From the NCBI GenBank assembly GCA_038060895.1, contig JBBTCT010000016.1:4020-68019 (forward strand): DNA of 64,000 bases, written 5' to 3'. Of this stretch, positions 39,293 through 47,637 are shown piece after piece. Position 1 is the stretch's first letter. Each line of letters begins with the position of its first letter. The stretch is from Planctomycetota bacterium. GTDB taxonomy: Bacteria > Planctomycetota > MHYJ01 > WSZJ01. The translations under genes were made by a program, and so were the position numbers. The notes beneath the pieces are model-generated. The model saw only the letters and a list, made by a program, of their open reading frames with translations, had not been told where the DNA came from and did not search any database.

Positions 39293-40171
39293 TTACCGTG
39301 CGCTATCCATGATTCGCTGCTTCCAGTTTTCTTCCGCTTCAGGCGCCCGTTCCTCCGTGACCCCGTCCGGCACGCCGATGCGGGCGACGAGCGCCGGCCA
39401 CGCGGCCTCCGAGATTCCTGGATCGCGGTCGTGCGCGAGGTGCCAGAGCGTCAGCGCCGAGCCGCCACTCCTGCAGGCGCGGATGACCGCAAGGGCCGCT
39501 TCCCGCCGGTCTTCCGGCCTCGCGCGGTCCAGGGCCTCGATGGCGGCGACGAGATCGCCGGGCGTGTCGTCCCAGCGCGGCGTGCCGGAACCGCGTGCGG
39601 GGAAAGCACGGCATGAAGCATCCGCGGGGACCCAGGTCTCACGTCCGCGGTCGGCGAAGGCGACCTGCCCGGAATCCACCCGGACGAGCGTGCTGCCGTC
39701 TGCTTCGACCGTGAGCGTGTAGTGACAGCCGAGATCAACGCAGGTCGTGGAGGGAGTTTCGACCTGGAAGAGCCTCGGCCGGGCGGCATAGGTGATTCGG
39801 GCGTCGATCGTGCCGCGCGTCAGCCGGAGGCGGATCTCGTCGGCGGACTGGCGAATGACGTCGACGACCGCTCCTTCGTGCGCGTTGACGCTTCCGTAGA
39901 TGCCCAGGTCGATCTCGCGCGCCGCGGTGAGCTGGACCGGATTTGGGAAGCGAACACGATGCGGAGTCTCGGCCGGCATCGCGAGGCGGACGGCAAAAAA
40001 CACCACTGCGGCCGTGGCGAGAACGGCGAGAAGAGCGCCCCATGCGGGGCTGACCGGCATGCGCGGCGGCGGACCGCTGTCCTCGGAGTGCGCCAGCGGC
40101 GCCAGGAGATTCTCGATCGCCTCGATCTCGGGGTCGCGCCCCGACTTGTCCCACAGGTAGTCGTCGTTCAT
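39293..40171 (-). CDS. FecR-domain anti-sigma factor
   Basis: DYLWD N-terminus, one TM, LTRG...FQVETP...DLGC.Y...V.SGQV FecR motif; overlaps the sigma stop. Confidence 0.85.
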   Translation of the reverse strand: MNDDYLWDKSGRDPEIEAIENLLAPLAHSEDSGPPPRMPVSPAWGALLAVLATAAVVFFAVRLAMPAETPHRVRFPNPVQLTAAREIDLGIYGSVNAHEGAVVDVIRQSADEIRLRLTRGTIDARITYAARPRLFQVETPSTTCVDLGCHYTLTVEADGSTLVRVDSGQVAFADRGRETWVPADASCRAFPARGSGTPRWDDTPGDLVAAIEALDRARPEDRREAALAVIRACRSGGSALTLWHLAHDRDPGISEAAWPALVARIGVPDGVTEERAPEAEENWKQRIMDSAR

Positions 40172-40734
40172 GGCCAGCCTTCTTTCTTGAGCAGCTCACG
40201 GAGCAGGTCCATCCCACGGCACAGGTTCACGCGCACGGAGCCGCCGGTCAGTCCCGTCGCCTCCGCGATTTCCGGGCCCGTCAATCCCTCGATCAGCCGC
40301 ATCGCCAGCGTCTCGCGGTACGCTTCCGGCAACGATCTCAAGTGCGCCATCACGCGTTCGCGCAGCTCGCCGCGGTCCGCCGCCGCGCCCTCGACGCGCG
40401 CGCTTTCCTCGAAGAGCGGCTCTTCCTTGCCGCGCCGCGCGCGGGCCCGATGCCGGTCCGTCGCTACATTCCTCGCGATCGCATGAAGCCACGGTCCGAC
40501 CGCGCCCGGCTCGCGCAGCGACTCCAGCCGCTTCCAGGCCATCACGAACGTCTCCTGCAGGCCGTCGTCCGCATCCGCCGGCGGGAGACGGGAGAGGAGG
40601 ACGGCGTGCACGGACTTTGCGAAGCGCGCGTGCAGCGCCGTGAAGGCATCCGCGTCGCCGCGCTGCGCGCGCGTGACGAGGACTGCGATCTGTGCGTTCT
40701 CGGCCTGCGCCGCGGACTCGAGCGTTTCCGTCAT
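40168..40734 (-). CDS. ECF RNA polymerase sigma factor
   Basis: ADDGLQETF, WLHAIARN, LPEAYRE, EIAEATG..GSVRVNL; start could alternatively be 40755. Confidence 0.93.
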   Translation of the reverse strand: MTETLESAAQAENAQIAVLVTRAQRGDADAFTALHARFAKSVHAVLLSRLPPADADDGLQETFVMAWKRLESLREPGAVGPWLHAIARNVATDRHRARARRGKEEPLFEESARVEGAAADRGELRERVMAHLRSLPEAYRETLAMRLIEGLTGPEIAEATGLTGGSVRVNLCRGMDLLRELLKKEGWP

Positions 40735-40782
40735 CGTAAGGGATTCTACGAGCATGGGGGTGGCGCTTCGGTTCGCTCCCGG

Positions 40783-42099
40783 CTATTTCTTCTTCACTTC
40801 CCGGCCGCGCACTTCTTCTGCGTCGGCATGCATCCCGGCGAGGAGAGACTTCGCGTTTGCGAGGATCTGCTCGTCGGTCGAGAGCATCAGCACGCGCCGG
40901 ACATGAGGTTCGAGGAAGCGGCCGAGCTTGTTCAGCGCCGCCTGCGATTTCGCGCGGGTCGGCCCGTCCTGGCTCGACCAGTCCCTCACGGCCGCGAGCA
41001 CCGTCGCTTCCTCTTCCGGCGTCACGCACTCGAGCCGCCCTACCAGCACGCGCACCAGCTCCTTCGGCGCGGGGTCGAGCGCCAGGGGCAGCACTCGGTC
41101 GACCATCAGGCGCGGCACGACGTACAGGATGCGAAGGCCTTCCGTCCGGAAGTAGCTCCGCTCCCACGTCCGCACCATCGACTCCGCTTCCTTCGGGTAC
41201 AGGCCCTGCTCGACAAGCTTCGCTTCGAGCGCCGGCCGCAGTTCCGCGATCATCGCATCCACGGGCTTCGCAGCTTTTGTGATCGGGCACTGCAGCTCGA
41301 CCGTCCCTCCGGCGGGCGCCTCCGGCGCGTACTTCCAGGCCGCGACGCTTCCGCGGATGTTCACGATGAAGAGGTGCCGGATCGGATCGGAGCTGTTGTT
41401 TGTGAGCGACACGCGCGAATCTTCGCGCGACTTCGCGACCAGCGGCAGTTCGAAACGCCCCAGTCCCCGGTAAAAGATGAACTTCTCGTGCTCCTGCGGC
41501 CCCATCCGCGGCGACTTGCGCGCTTCCGTCCGCACCACGTTCGAGTCCGGGATGCGCTGCGCTTCCCACGGTGAACCCGTTTCGCACGCCGGAATCTGGT
41601 CGAGGCCGGCGCCTTTCCCGAGCACGTCCACGCCCCACTCCAGGTAGCTCTTGTCCACCTTTGCCATGTCCAGCGGGCCTTCCTCGGGACGAGCTTCCGG
41701 GGGACCCAGCAGATCGCTCACCGGGTACCACTGCGTCAACAGGCCGTGGTTGAAGCAGACGCGGGCACGCACGTGAAGCGGCTGGTCGGCGTAGAAGTAA
41801 ATCACCGGCGTTTCCATCTTCTTGGTCACGTTCTCCACATCGACCTCGAGCCCCTTGTAGCCGAATTCGCGAAGCGGGCAGGTGCGGACTTCCGAGCGCG
41901 AGTAGACGAAGTCGGGGAGCCCTTCTTCTTCGTGCTGCAGGCCCTCCAGCGTGACGCCGTCGGAACCCTGCATCGACGTGAACGTGCCCCACTCGTGCGC
42001 GACGAACTCCGGGGCGGGGGAGGGGTCTTCTCCGCGGAGCAGGGCGAAGGAGAAGAGCGCGACGGTCGCGACGACGGCGGCGGAAAGGATGCGAATCAT
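40783..42099 (-). CDS. Conserved-type exported hypothetical protein (HEWGTFT / METPVIYF motifs)
   Basis: Signal peptide, HEWGTFTS, METPVIYFY, FYRGLG, GLYPKEA..M..TW; AAGGAG RBS. Confidence 0.8.
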   Translation of the reverse strand: MIRILSAAVVATVALFSFALLRGEDPSPAPEFVAHEWGTFTSMQGSDGVTLEGLQHEEEGLPDFVYSRSEVRTCPLREFGYKGLEVDVENVTKKMETPVIYFYADQPLHVRARVCFNHGLLTQWYPVSDLLGPPEARPEEGPLDMAKVDKSYLEWGVDVLGKGAGLDQIPACETGSPWEAQRIPDSNVVRTEARKSPRMGPQEHEKFIFYRGLGRFELPLVAKSREDSRVSLTNNSSDPIRHLFIVNIRGSVAAWKYAPEAPAGGTVELQCPITKAAKPVDAMIAELRPALEAKLVEQGLYPKEAESMVRTWERSYFRTEGLRILYVVPRLMVDRVLPLALDPAPKELVRVLVGRLECVTPEEEATVLAAVRDWSSQDGPTRAKSQAALNKLGRFLEPHVRRVLMLSTDEQILANAKSLLAGMHADAEEVRGREVKKK

Positions 42100-42132
42100 G
42101 GCGGACTCCTTGGGTTCATGTCCTGCGGGGAA

Positions 42133-42160
42133 GACGTTTGCCGGGGAACGCGCGTTAACA
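42133..42160 (-). promoter_or_regulatory. Putative ECF promoter TGTTAAC-N17-CGTC
   Basis: Same motif recurs upstream of the next gene (43013-43039). Confidence 0.6.
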
Positions 42161-42174
42161 GCAAATCGGGCGGC

Positions 42175-42984
42175 CTACTGCCGCAGTTGCCGTTTCGCCT
42201 CGTCGACGCCGCTCGTCACGATCCAGCAGAACTCGCACTTCTTGTCGATGCCTTCCTTGCCCGAGCAGGCCTCGCACCGCTCGTCACCCAGAGACTTCAT
42301 CCCGCCCGCGACCGCCGACTTCAGGGTCTTCTTCAGCCACCGCATCTGCGCGTCCCGCAGGTGTTCGAGCTGCGGTGCCGTCAGCTCTTCCTTCAGCACT
42401 GCTGCCCACTTCCGTTTCAGGTCGTCACGCTTCTGGCCGAGCGCCGCCAGTTCCTTCTTCTGCGCCTCCGTCAGCTCCCCGAATTCCGACTCGTCCCACC
42501 GGAAGGCCGCCTCCACGCCCTGCCGCACCGCAATGCAGAGTGCGCAGAACCGGTCCTTCTCGCCCTTCTTCTGCGCCGCCAGCGCTTCATCGTTCGCGAA
42601 CCAGAACTCACCGGCCGACTCCACTTCGATCAGGAGGGCCTGATCGCGCGCGGCCCGCGCCAGGAAAGCGGTGACGAGCTCGGCAAGCGGCTTGCTGGAG
42701 ACGCCTGAGGCGGCGCGCTTCGGCCCTGCCGGGAGCTTTGCGACCTGCTCGTTGATCTCGCGAAGGGCCTTCCGGAAGTTGGTGTCCGCTTCGGCCAGGG
42801 TGTCGATCTGCTCCTTGCTGAGCAACGCCTTCTCCGGCATGGGGTTCGTCGTGGAGCCGGTCGCCAACTCGCCCAGGCCCGGCGTCGGGATGGCCGAGTC
42901 GCGAATCTGGCAGGCTTTGCCGCCGGCGGCGGCGGGGATGGGGAGAAGGGCGATGATGGACGCGACGACAGTGAAGGTGCGCAT
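42175..42984 (-). CDS. Exported helical Cys-containing hypothetical protein
   Basis: AAAGGAG RBS, signal peptide, CALC, CEAC and CEFC motifs. Confidence 0.75.
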   Translation of the reverse strand: MRTFTVVASIIALLPIPAAAGGKACQIRDSAIPTPGLGELATGSTTNPMPEKALLSKEQIDTLAEADTNFRKALREINEQVAKLPAGPKRAASGVSSKPLAELVTAFLARAARDQALLIEVESAGEFWFANDEALAAQKKGEKDRFCALCIAVRQGVEAAFRWDESEFGELTEAQKKELAALGQKRDDLKRKWAAVLKEELTAPQLEHLRDAQMRWLKKTLKSAVAGGMKSLGDERCEACSGKEGIDKKCEFCWIVTSGVDEAKRQLRQ

Positions 42985-43012
42985 GGGGGTCTCCTTTCGG
43001 GTATGAGAGGGA

Positions 43013-43039
43013 GACGGTTGCGGTCGCAGGCTGTTAACA
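43013..43039 (-). promoter_or_regulatory. Putative ECF promoter TGTTAAC-N16-CGTC
   Basis: Second copy of the motif, 28 nt upstream of ATG 42984. Confidence 0.6.
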
Positions 43040-43583
43040 CGATTTCCCGCAGGCTTGTTGAAGGGCGGAATGAGGGGGACAATGCCCGCATGACGCGAAT
43101 TCCCGCAGATTTTCCCTGGCACGAACGCATTCAGGCGGGAATACGGGATCAGGGGCGGCGCAGGGCATCGGTCGAGGCATAGCTTGTTTCGGTCGGTGCA
43201 CGGCGACTCCGAGCGGCCGGATTGTCGGTACCAACAGCGTTTTCGAATCCAGAGAAGCGGCTGTACCGGCTGATTGAGACGACGCGCGGCGACGGGGCAC
43301 ATTCCTACTACAACTCGCTGTTGCCTCATTCGAGAAATCCCTCGAGAGAACTCTCCGTGAGGCCCGGAAGAAGCCGATCTCGAGATCCTGACGCTCACCA
43401 TCTCCGGCCCGGCGACAGGACCGCACACCGCATCCGCCTCGCGGCCACCCCAGGCGCCTGATTTGTTCACTCAGGTCCCATCCACTGCGCCCCCGACCCC
43501 GATTCAGATGGAGTCGCGTAGGGACGCTCGAGTTCGCGCCGCGCCGCCTTGCGCTTCCCGTGTTTTCGCGCCCGGCCCGAGAT

Positions 43584-43997
43584 TCACGGACGCGCTGTTT
43601 CAGGGGAGTCGCCGGGGCCAGAGTGGGCGTTCGTGAAGAGGAACCGCCCCGTCAGTGCCGCCGGCCGGCCCGTCTCGCCCTCCGGCGCAGCGCGGGTTGT
43701 TGAGCCAGGTCCTGAGGCAGGTGCGCAGCCAGGCCCGGAAGCGGCCCTTCGCGGGATCCCGGCGCCGAAGACGTCGGAGCGGTTTTCCAGGAGGTGAATG
43801 AAGAATTCCTGGGTGACGACCTCCGGGTCGTAGTTGACGCGCGTCGCGGCCGAGAGGTGCCAGGTCACGAGTTTCACCACGACCGGCCGGTACCAGCGGG
43901 CCAGGAGGTCCAGGGCGACCGTCGAGCCGCTTCCGGCGGCCGCGACCTTGGACCTGGGAATTCGGGTGAATTCGACTCCGGAGGCCTCTTCTGCCAT
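43584..43997 (-). pseudogene. Frameshifted, degraded ECF sigma factor
   Basis: ALDLLARWYRP...VTQEFFIHLLE in one frame continues as RDPAKGRFRAWLRTCL in another (shift near 43770); no intact region 4. Confidence 0.7.
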
Positions 43998-44159
43998 GGG
44001 GAAAGATGGCGGATTTGGCGTCCCGGGGGCCAGCGGGCGCGAAATTTCCGGATTCTTCGTCGGATTTCCCCAGCCTTGCTTTAGAGGCTGCTGAACGAGG
44101 GAGGAAGCGAAGGCATTGGCCATCGAATCCCAGTAACCACGACTTCAAGGAGGCGACCC

Positions 44160-45056
44160 ATGAAGACGAACCTGGCCTGGAGCAAGGCGTGCACGGCGGT
44201 GCTGGTGCTGGCGCTGGCGGCGGGATGTGGACCGAAGCACAAGTCCTCGGACAGCGGCGGCGGGAGTTCGGGCTCCAGCGGCGCGGGGGCCGGCGCCGGG
44301 GCGGGCGGGGGCGGGGGCGGGGGCGGCGGCATGCCTCTTCTGCTGCCGGATCTCGTGGACGGCGGCCTCGCGAGCCAGTACTCGGATTCGCGGGCGGTGG
44401 CCGGGGCGACCTTCCTGGCCGGCGGCGAAGTGACGAACGCGGGAACGATGAATTCGGGCCCGTTCCAGGTCGACTTCTATCTCACCCAGGGGCCGGAAGT
44501 CACGCCGCTGGACGTTTTCCTCGGCTCGGTCGCGATGCCCGACCTCATGCCGGGCGACATCGCAATGGCCGACCTGTCCGTCCCGATGCCCGACATTGCT
44601 CCCGGCGAGTGGCGGATCGGATGGATCATCGACGCCGCGGACGTCGTCTTCGAGCTGGACGGGACCAACAACGTCGTCATGTACCCCATCGATGTCCTGG
44701 TCGAGGACCGCTACGAGGCCAACGACTCCTTCGCCAGCGCCTTCATTCTGGGCCCCGCCGGCGCCAGCTATGCCGCGGACGGTACGATCCACTCGGCGGC
44801 CGATGAGGACTGGTTCTCGGTCGACCAGATCGCCGGAAGCAGCCTCACCGCCACCATGACCTGCCCCGCGGACTACGACCTCGAAATCTGGGCCTTCGAC
44901 GGCACGCTCCTGGTCTCTTCGAACAACTCCGGCATCCTCGCCGAATCGGCCACCGTCGTCGCTCCCTACACCGGCTCCTACTTCATCCGCATCGTCCCGG
45001 TCTCCGGCGCCTTCGACCAGAACAACCCCTGGACCCTGACCGTCGACGTGCCCTAG
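44160..45056 (+). CDS. Lipoprotein with Gly-rich linker, CARDB-like and PPC-like domains
   Basis: LAAGC lipobox, LPDL...V.NAG...F.VDFYL...E.D.TNN, DRYEAND, DEDWF, DYDLEI. Confidence 0.8.
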   Translation: MKTNLAWSKACTAVLVLALAAGCGPKHKSSDSGGGSSGSSGAGAGAGAGGGGGGGGGMPLLLPDLVDGGLASQYSDSRAVAGATFLAGGEVTNAGTMNSGPFQVDFYLTQGPEVTPLDVFLGSVAMPDLMPGDIAMADLSVPMPDIAPGEWRIGWIIDAADVVFELDGTNNVVMYPIDVLVEDRYEANDSFASAFILGPAGASYAADGTIHSAADEDWFSVDQIAGSSLTATMTCPADYDLEIWAFDGTLLVSSNNSGILAESATVVAPYTGSYFIRIVPVSGAFDQNNPWTLTVDVP

Positions 45057-45148
45057 CCCTCCCGCCGAAAACGTCGCCTCGCCGGCCGGCTCCGCACCCG
45101 TAATCGCGGACCGGCCGGCGATCTCATTTCTCCGCGTAAGATCCACTC

Positions 45149-46099
45149 GTGCCCGCCCCCGTGCCTGACACCGCCGAATCGACCTCCACCGCTTCCGACC
45201 TCCGCCGCGCCCGTGGCGGGGTCCTCTGGGCCGTCCTCGCCTACGGGTCGTGGGGAGTCTTCCCGATCTACTGGAAGCAACTCCGGCACATCCCGGCGTT
45301 CGAAGTGCTGTGCCATCGCGTGCTGTGGAGCTGCGCGCTCGTCGGGATCGCGATGGCGATTCAGGGACAGCTCGGCGCCATCCGAAGCGCGCTCGCCGAC
45401 TCGAAAACGCGCCGCGTGCTCCTCGCCAGCACCGCGCTCATCGGCGTGAACTGGTTTCTCTTCATCTGGGCCGTCACCAGCGGCCGGATTCTGCAGGCGA
45501 GCCTCGGCTACTACATGAACCCGCTCGTGAACGTGGCCCTCGGCCGCCTGGTCCTCGGCGAGCGCATCAGCCCCGCCGCCGCCGTAGCCGTCGCGCTGGC
45601 CGCCGCGGGCGTCGCGATCATGGCCGCTGGCACCGGTGCCGTCCCATGGGTCGCCGTCTCCCTCGCCGTCACCTTCGCGCTCTATGGACTGTGCCGCAAG
45701 ACCGTCGCGGTCGGCCCCCTCGTCGGCCTCTCCGTCGAAACCATCCTCATCGCCCCCGTCGCCGCCATCGCCCTCGCCGTCCTCTTCGCCCGCGGCCAGG
45801 CCGCCACGCAGCACGCCACGCGCATCGAGTGGATCTTCCTCGCGGGAAGCGGCTTCCCCACCGCGATCCCTCTCCTCGCCTTCGCTGAGGCCGCGCGCAG
45901 ACTGCGCTTCATCACGGTCGGCATCCTCCAGTACATCGCGCCGACGCTACAGTTCCTCTGCGCGGTCGCGATCTACCACGAAGCGTTCACCCGGAACCAC
46001 GCCGTGGCCTTCGGCTGCATCTGGGGAGCGGTGGCGATCTACGCCGTGGATTCCATCGTCCGGGCGAAGGCGCCAGGCAAGTTACTGCCGAGGGCATGA
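45149..46099 (+). CDS. rarD: EamA/DMT family transporter RarD
   Basis: WGVFPIYWK, HRVLWS, NWFLFIWA, ASLGYYMNPL, G.LQYIAP. Confidence 0.92.
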   Translation: MPAPVPDTAESTSTASDLRRARGGVLWAVLAYGSWGVFPIYWKQLRHIPAFEVLCHRVLWSCALVGIAMAIQGQLGAIRSALADSKTRRVLLASTALIGVNWFLFIWAVTSGRILQASLGYYMNPLVNVALGRLVLGERISPAAAVAVALAAAGVAIMAAGTGAVPWVAVSLAVTFALYGLCRKTVAVGPLVGLSVETILIAPVAAIALAVLFARGQAATQHATRIEWIFLAGSGFPTAIPLLAFAEAARRLRFITVGILQYIAPTLQFLCAVAIYHEAFTRNHAVAFGCIWGAVAIYAVDSIVRAKAPGKLLPRA

Positions 46100-46103
46100 C
46101 GGC

Positions 46104-47177
46104 TCAGGTCGTCCTTGCGACGGCGGTCCAATTCCCGACCTGCCCGCCCATTCCCGGCATTCCCGTGGCCAGCCCTCGCGTCAGCGCGTACCAGCAGAAA
46201 TAGCAGTGGTTCGTCGTTTTCCCGGGAAGCGCATCGGGGTCCTTCGCGAGGATCTCTTCCTTGATGGCGCTCAGCCCTTTCGAAAACACCTTCCCGACGT
46301 AGGGATGCGCCCGGCCGCGCTGGAGGATCTCCTTCGCCGAGTGCTCGTGGATGTTGCCGATTGTGAGCTGGTCGAGGTCGCTTGCGAAGCCGCAGCACGG
46401 CTTGACTTCGCCGCGCGGCGTGACGACGAACGCCTGCCCGGGACCTTCACAATAGTCTTCCTTGAACCACGAGCCGTCCCAGTTGTCTGTCAAGCCCTCG
46501 GCGCGTTCGACGGCGGCCAGGTGATTGAAGTTGAGCGTCGCGCTGACGTCGGGGGCGATGAGCATCCATGCACCGAGGGCGGGGGAGAACTCGACGAATC
46601 CGCCCAGCGCCTTCGCGACCGCCTGCACCTTCTCGAGCCCGGCGTCCGGCGCGCCCGCCGCGTAGCTGATCGTCAGGATGTCGTCGCGCTTTGAGACCTT
46701 CGCCGCGCTCCGCGCGAACTGGGCGAGCACTTCGATTTTCACCGGGTGAAACCGGTCGACGCTGAGCCCCAGGCGGCCCGAGTAGCCGGCACGCAGCAGC
46801 CGCTTCAGGGTCGTCTCCAGCTCGTTCACCGTTTTCCACCACGCGCCGTTGGTGGAGATCTTGTCGAAGCGAAATCCGAGCCTGGCGGCATGGCGCGAGA
46901 CTTTTTCGAGGAACTCGGGGTAAATGAACGGCTCGCCGCCCGTGAAGCCCATCGTCTTGATGCCAAGCTCGGCACACTCGGTCGTGAAGCGCTTCGCCAC
47001 GTCGATGTCGAGGTAGTCCTTCCACTCGATCGGAACGCAGCAGTGCGCGCATGTCAGGTTGCACTGGTAGGTTCCGCTGAACGAAACGTAGTTCGGGCGG
47101 AAGGTGTGCGACTTCGAACGCGTGCGCGCTTCGCCGCGGGAGAGGATCGGGTTCGGGGCGTCTTCCTTACAGCTCAC
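46104..47177 (-). CDS. Radical SAM protein with SPASM/twitch-like C-terminus
   Basis: CNLTCAHC, FTGGEPF, STNG, C-x15-PCC, IGN, CYFC. Confidence 0.88.
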   Translation of the reverse strand: MSCKEDAPNPILSRGEARTRSKSHTFRPNYVSFSGTYQCNLTCAHCCVPIEWKDYLDIDVAKRFTTECAELGIKTMGFTGGEPFIYPEFLEKVSRHAARLGFRFDKISTNGAWWKTVNELETTLKRLLRAGYSGRLGLSVDRFHPVKIEVLAQFARSAAKVSKRDDILTISYAAGAPDAGLEKVQAVAKALGGFVEFSPALGAWMLIAPDVSATLNFNHLAAVERAEGLTDNWDGSWFKEDYCEGPGQAFVVTPRGEVKPCCGFASDLDQLTIGNIHEHSAKEILQRGRAHPYVGKVFSKGLSAIKEEILAKDPDALPGKTTNHCYFCWYALTRGLATGMPGMGGQVGNWTAVARTT

Positions 47178-47512
47178 GGCGACCGTCTGATGTTTCGCGC
47201 GGCGGGCGGCGGAGCCTTCAGACCCAGCGCGTTTCGGACATCCTCGAGCGTGATCTTGCCGTCCGCCTTGCCGTCGAGGGAGTCGAGCTGGGCGAAGTAG
47301 CGACCGAGGTCTTCGTAGGTGAGGATGCCCTTGTCCAGAAGCGCCCGCATCGTCACGAGCATGAGGAGGTTCAGCTCGCCGACGTTTTCCGCGACCCGCT
47401 GGGCGCGCGCGGCGGCCTTCACGTCGTGGCCGCCGGCGTGCTCGAGCTGCGTGGAAAGCTGCCGAAGCTGCGAATCCTGGCGCGCGTTCACGAACATGCC
47501 GATGAGACTCAT
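47174..47512 (-). CDS. Small hypothetical protein with EF-hand-like loop
   Basis: LLDKGILT and DSLDGKADGKITLEDV; stop overlaps the radical SAM start (GTGA). Confidence 0.7.
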   Translation of the reverse strand: MSLIGMFVNARQDSQLRQLSTQLEHAGGHDVKAAARAQRVAENVGELNLLMLVTMRALLDKGILTYEDLGRYFAQLDSLDGKADGKITLEDVRNALGLKAPPPAARNIRRSP

Positions 47513-47600
47513 GGGTAGGCCCTTCTTCGGGGGAGGTCGAAGTCTACGCGGCCTTCCGGGAACGCCCAATCCCAACATTTTTGTACGATCTTTCGTGCGG

Positions 47601-47609
47601 CGGCGTCGT
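47601..47609 (+). promoter_or_regulatory. CGGCGTCGT ECF -10-like box, copy 1
   Basis: 28 nt upstream of ATG 47638; identical 9-mer precedes both paralogues. Confidence 0.6.
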
Positions 47610-47637
47610 ATTACCTGAGGCACTCTCGAGACCCCCG

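Noticed and set aside
43117-43132. TGGCACG sigma54 -24 element
   Set aside because: No TTGC at the -12 position and no gene in that orientation
44255-44330. G-rich repeat or G-quadruplex-like tract
   Set aside because: Explained by the Gly/Ala/Ser linker codons of the lipoprotein
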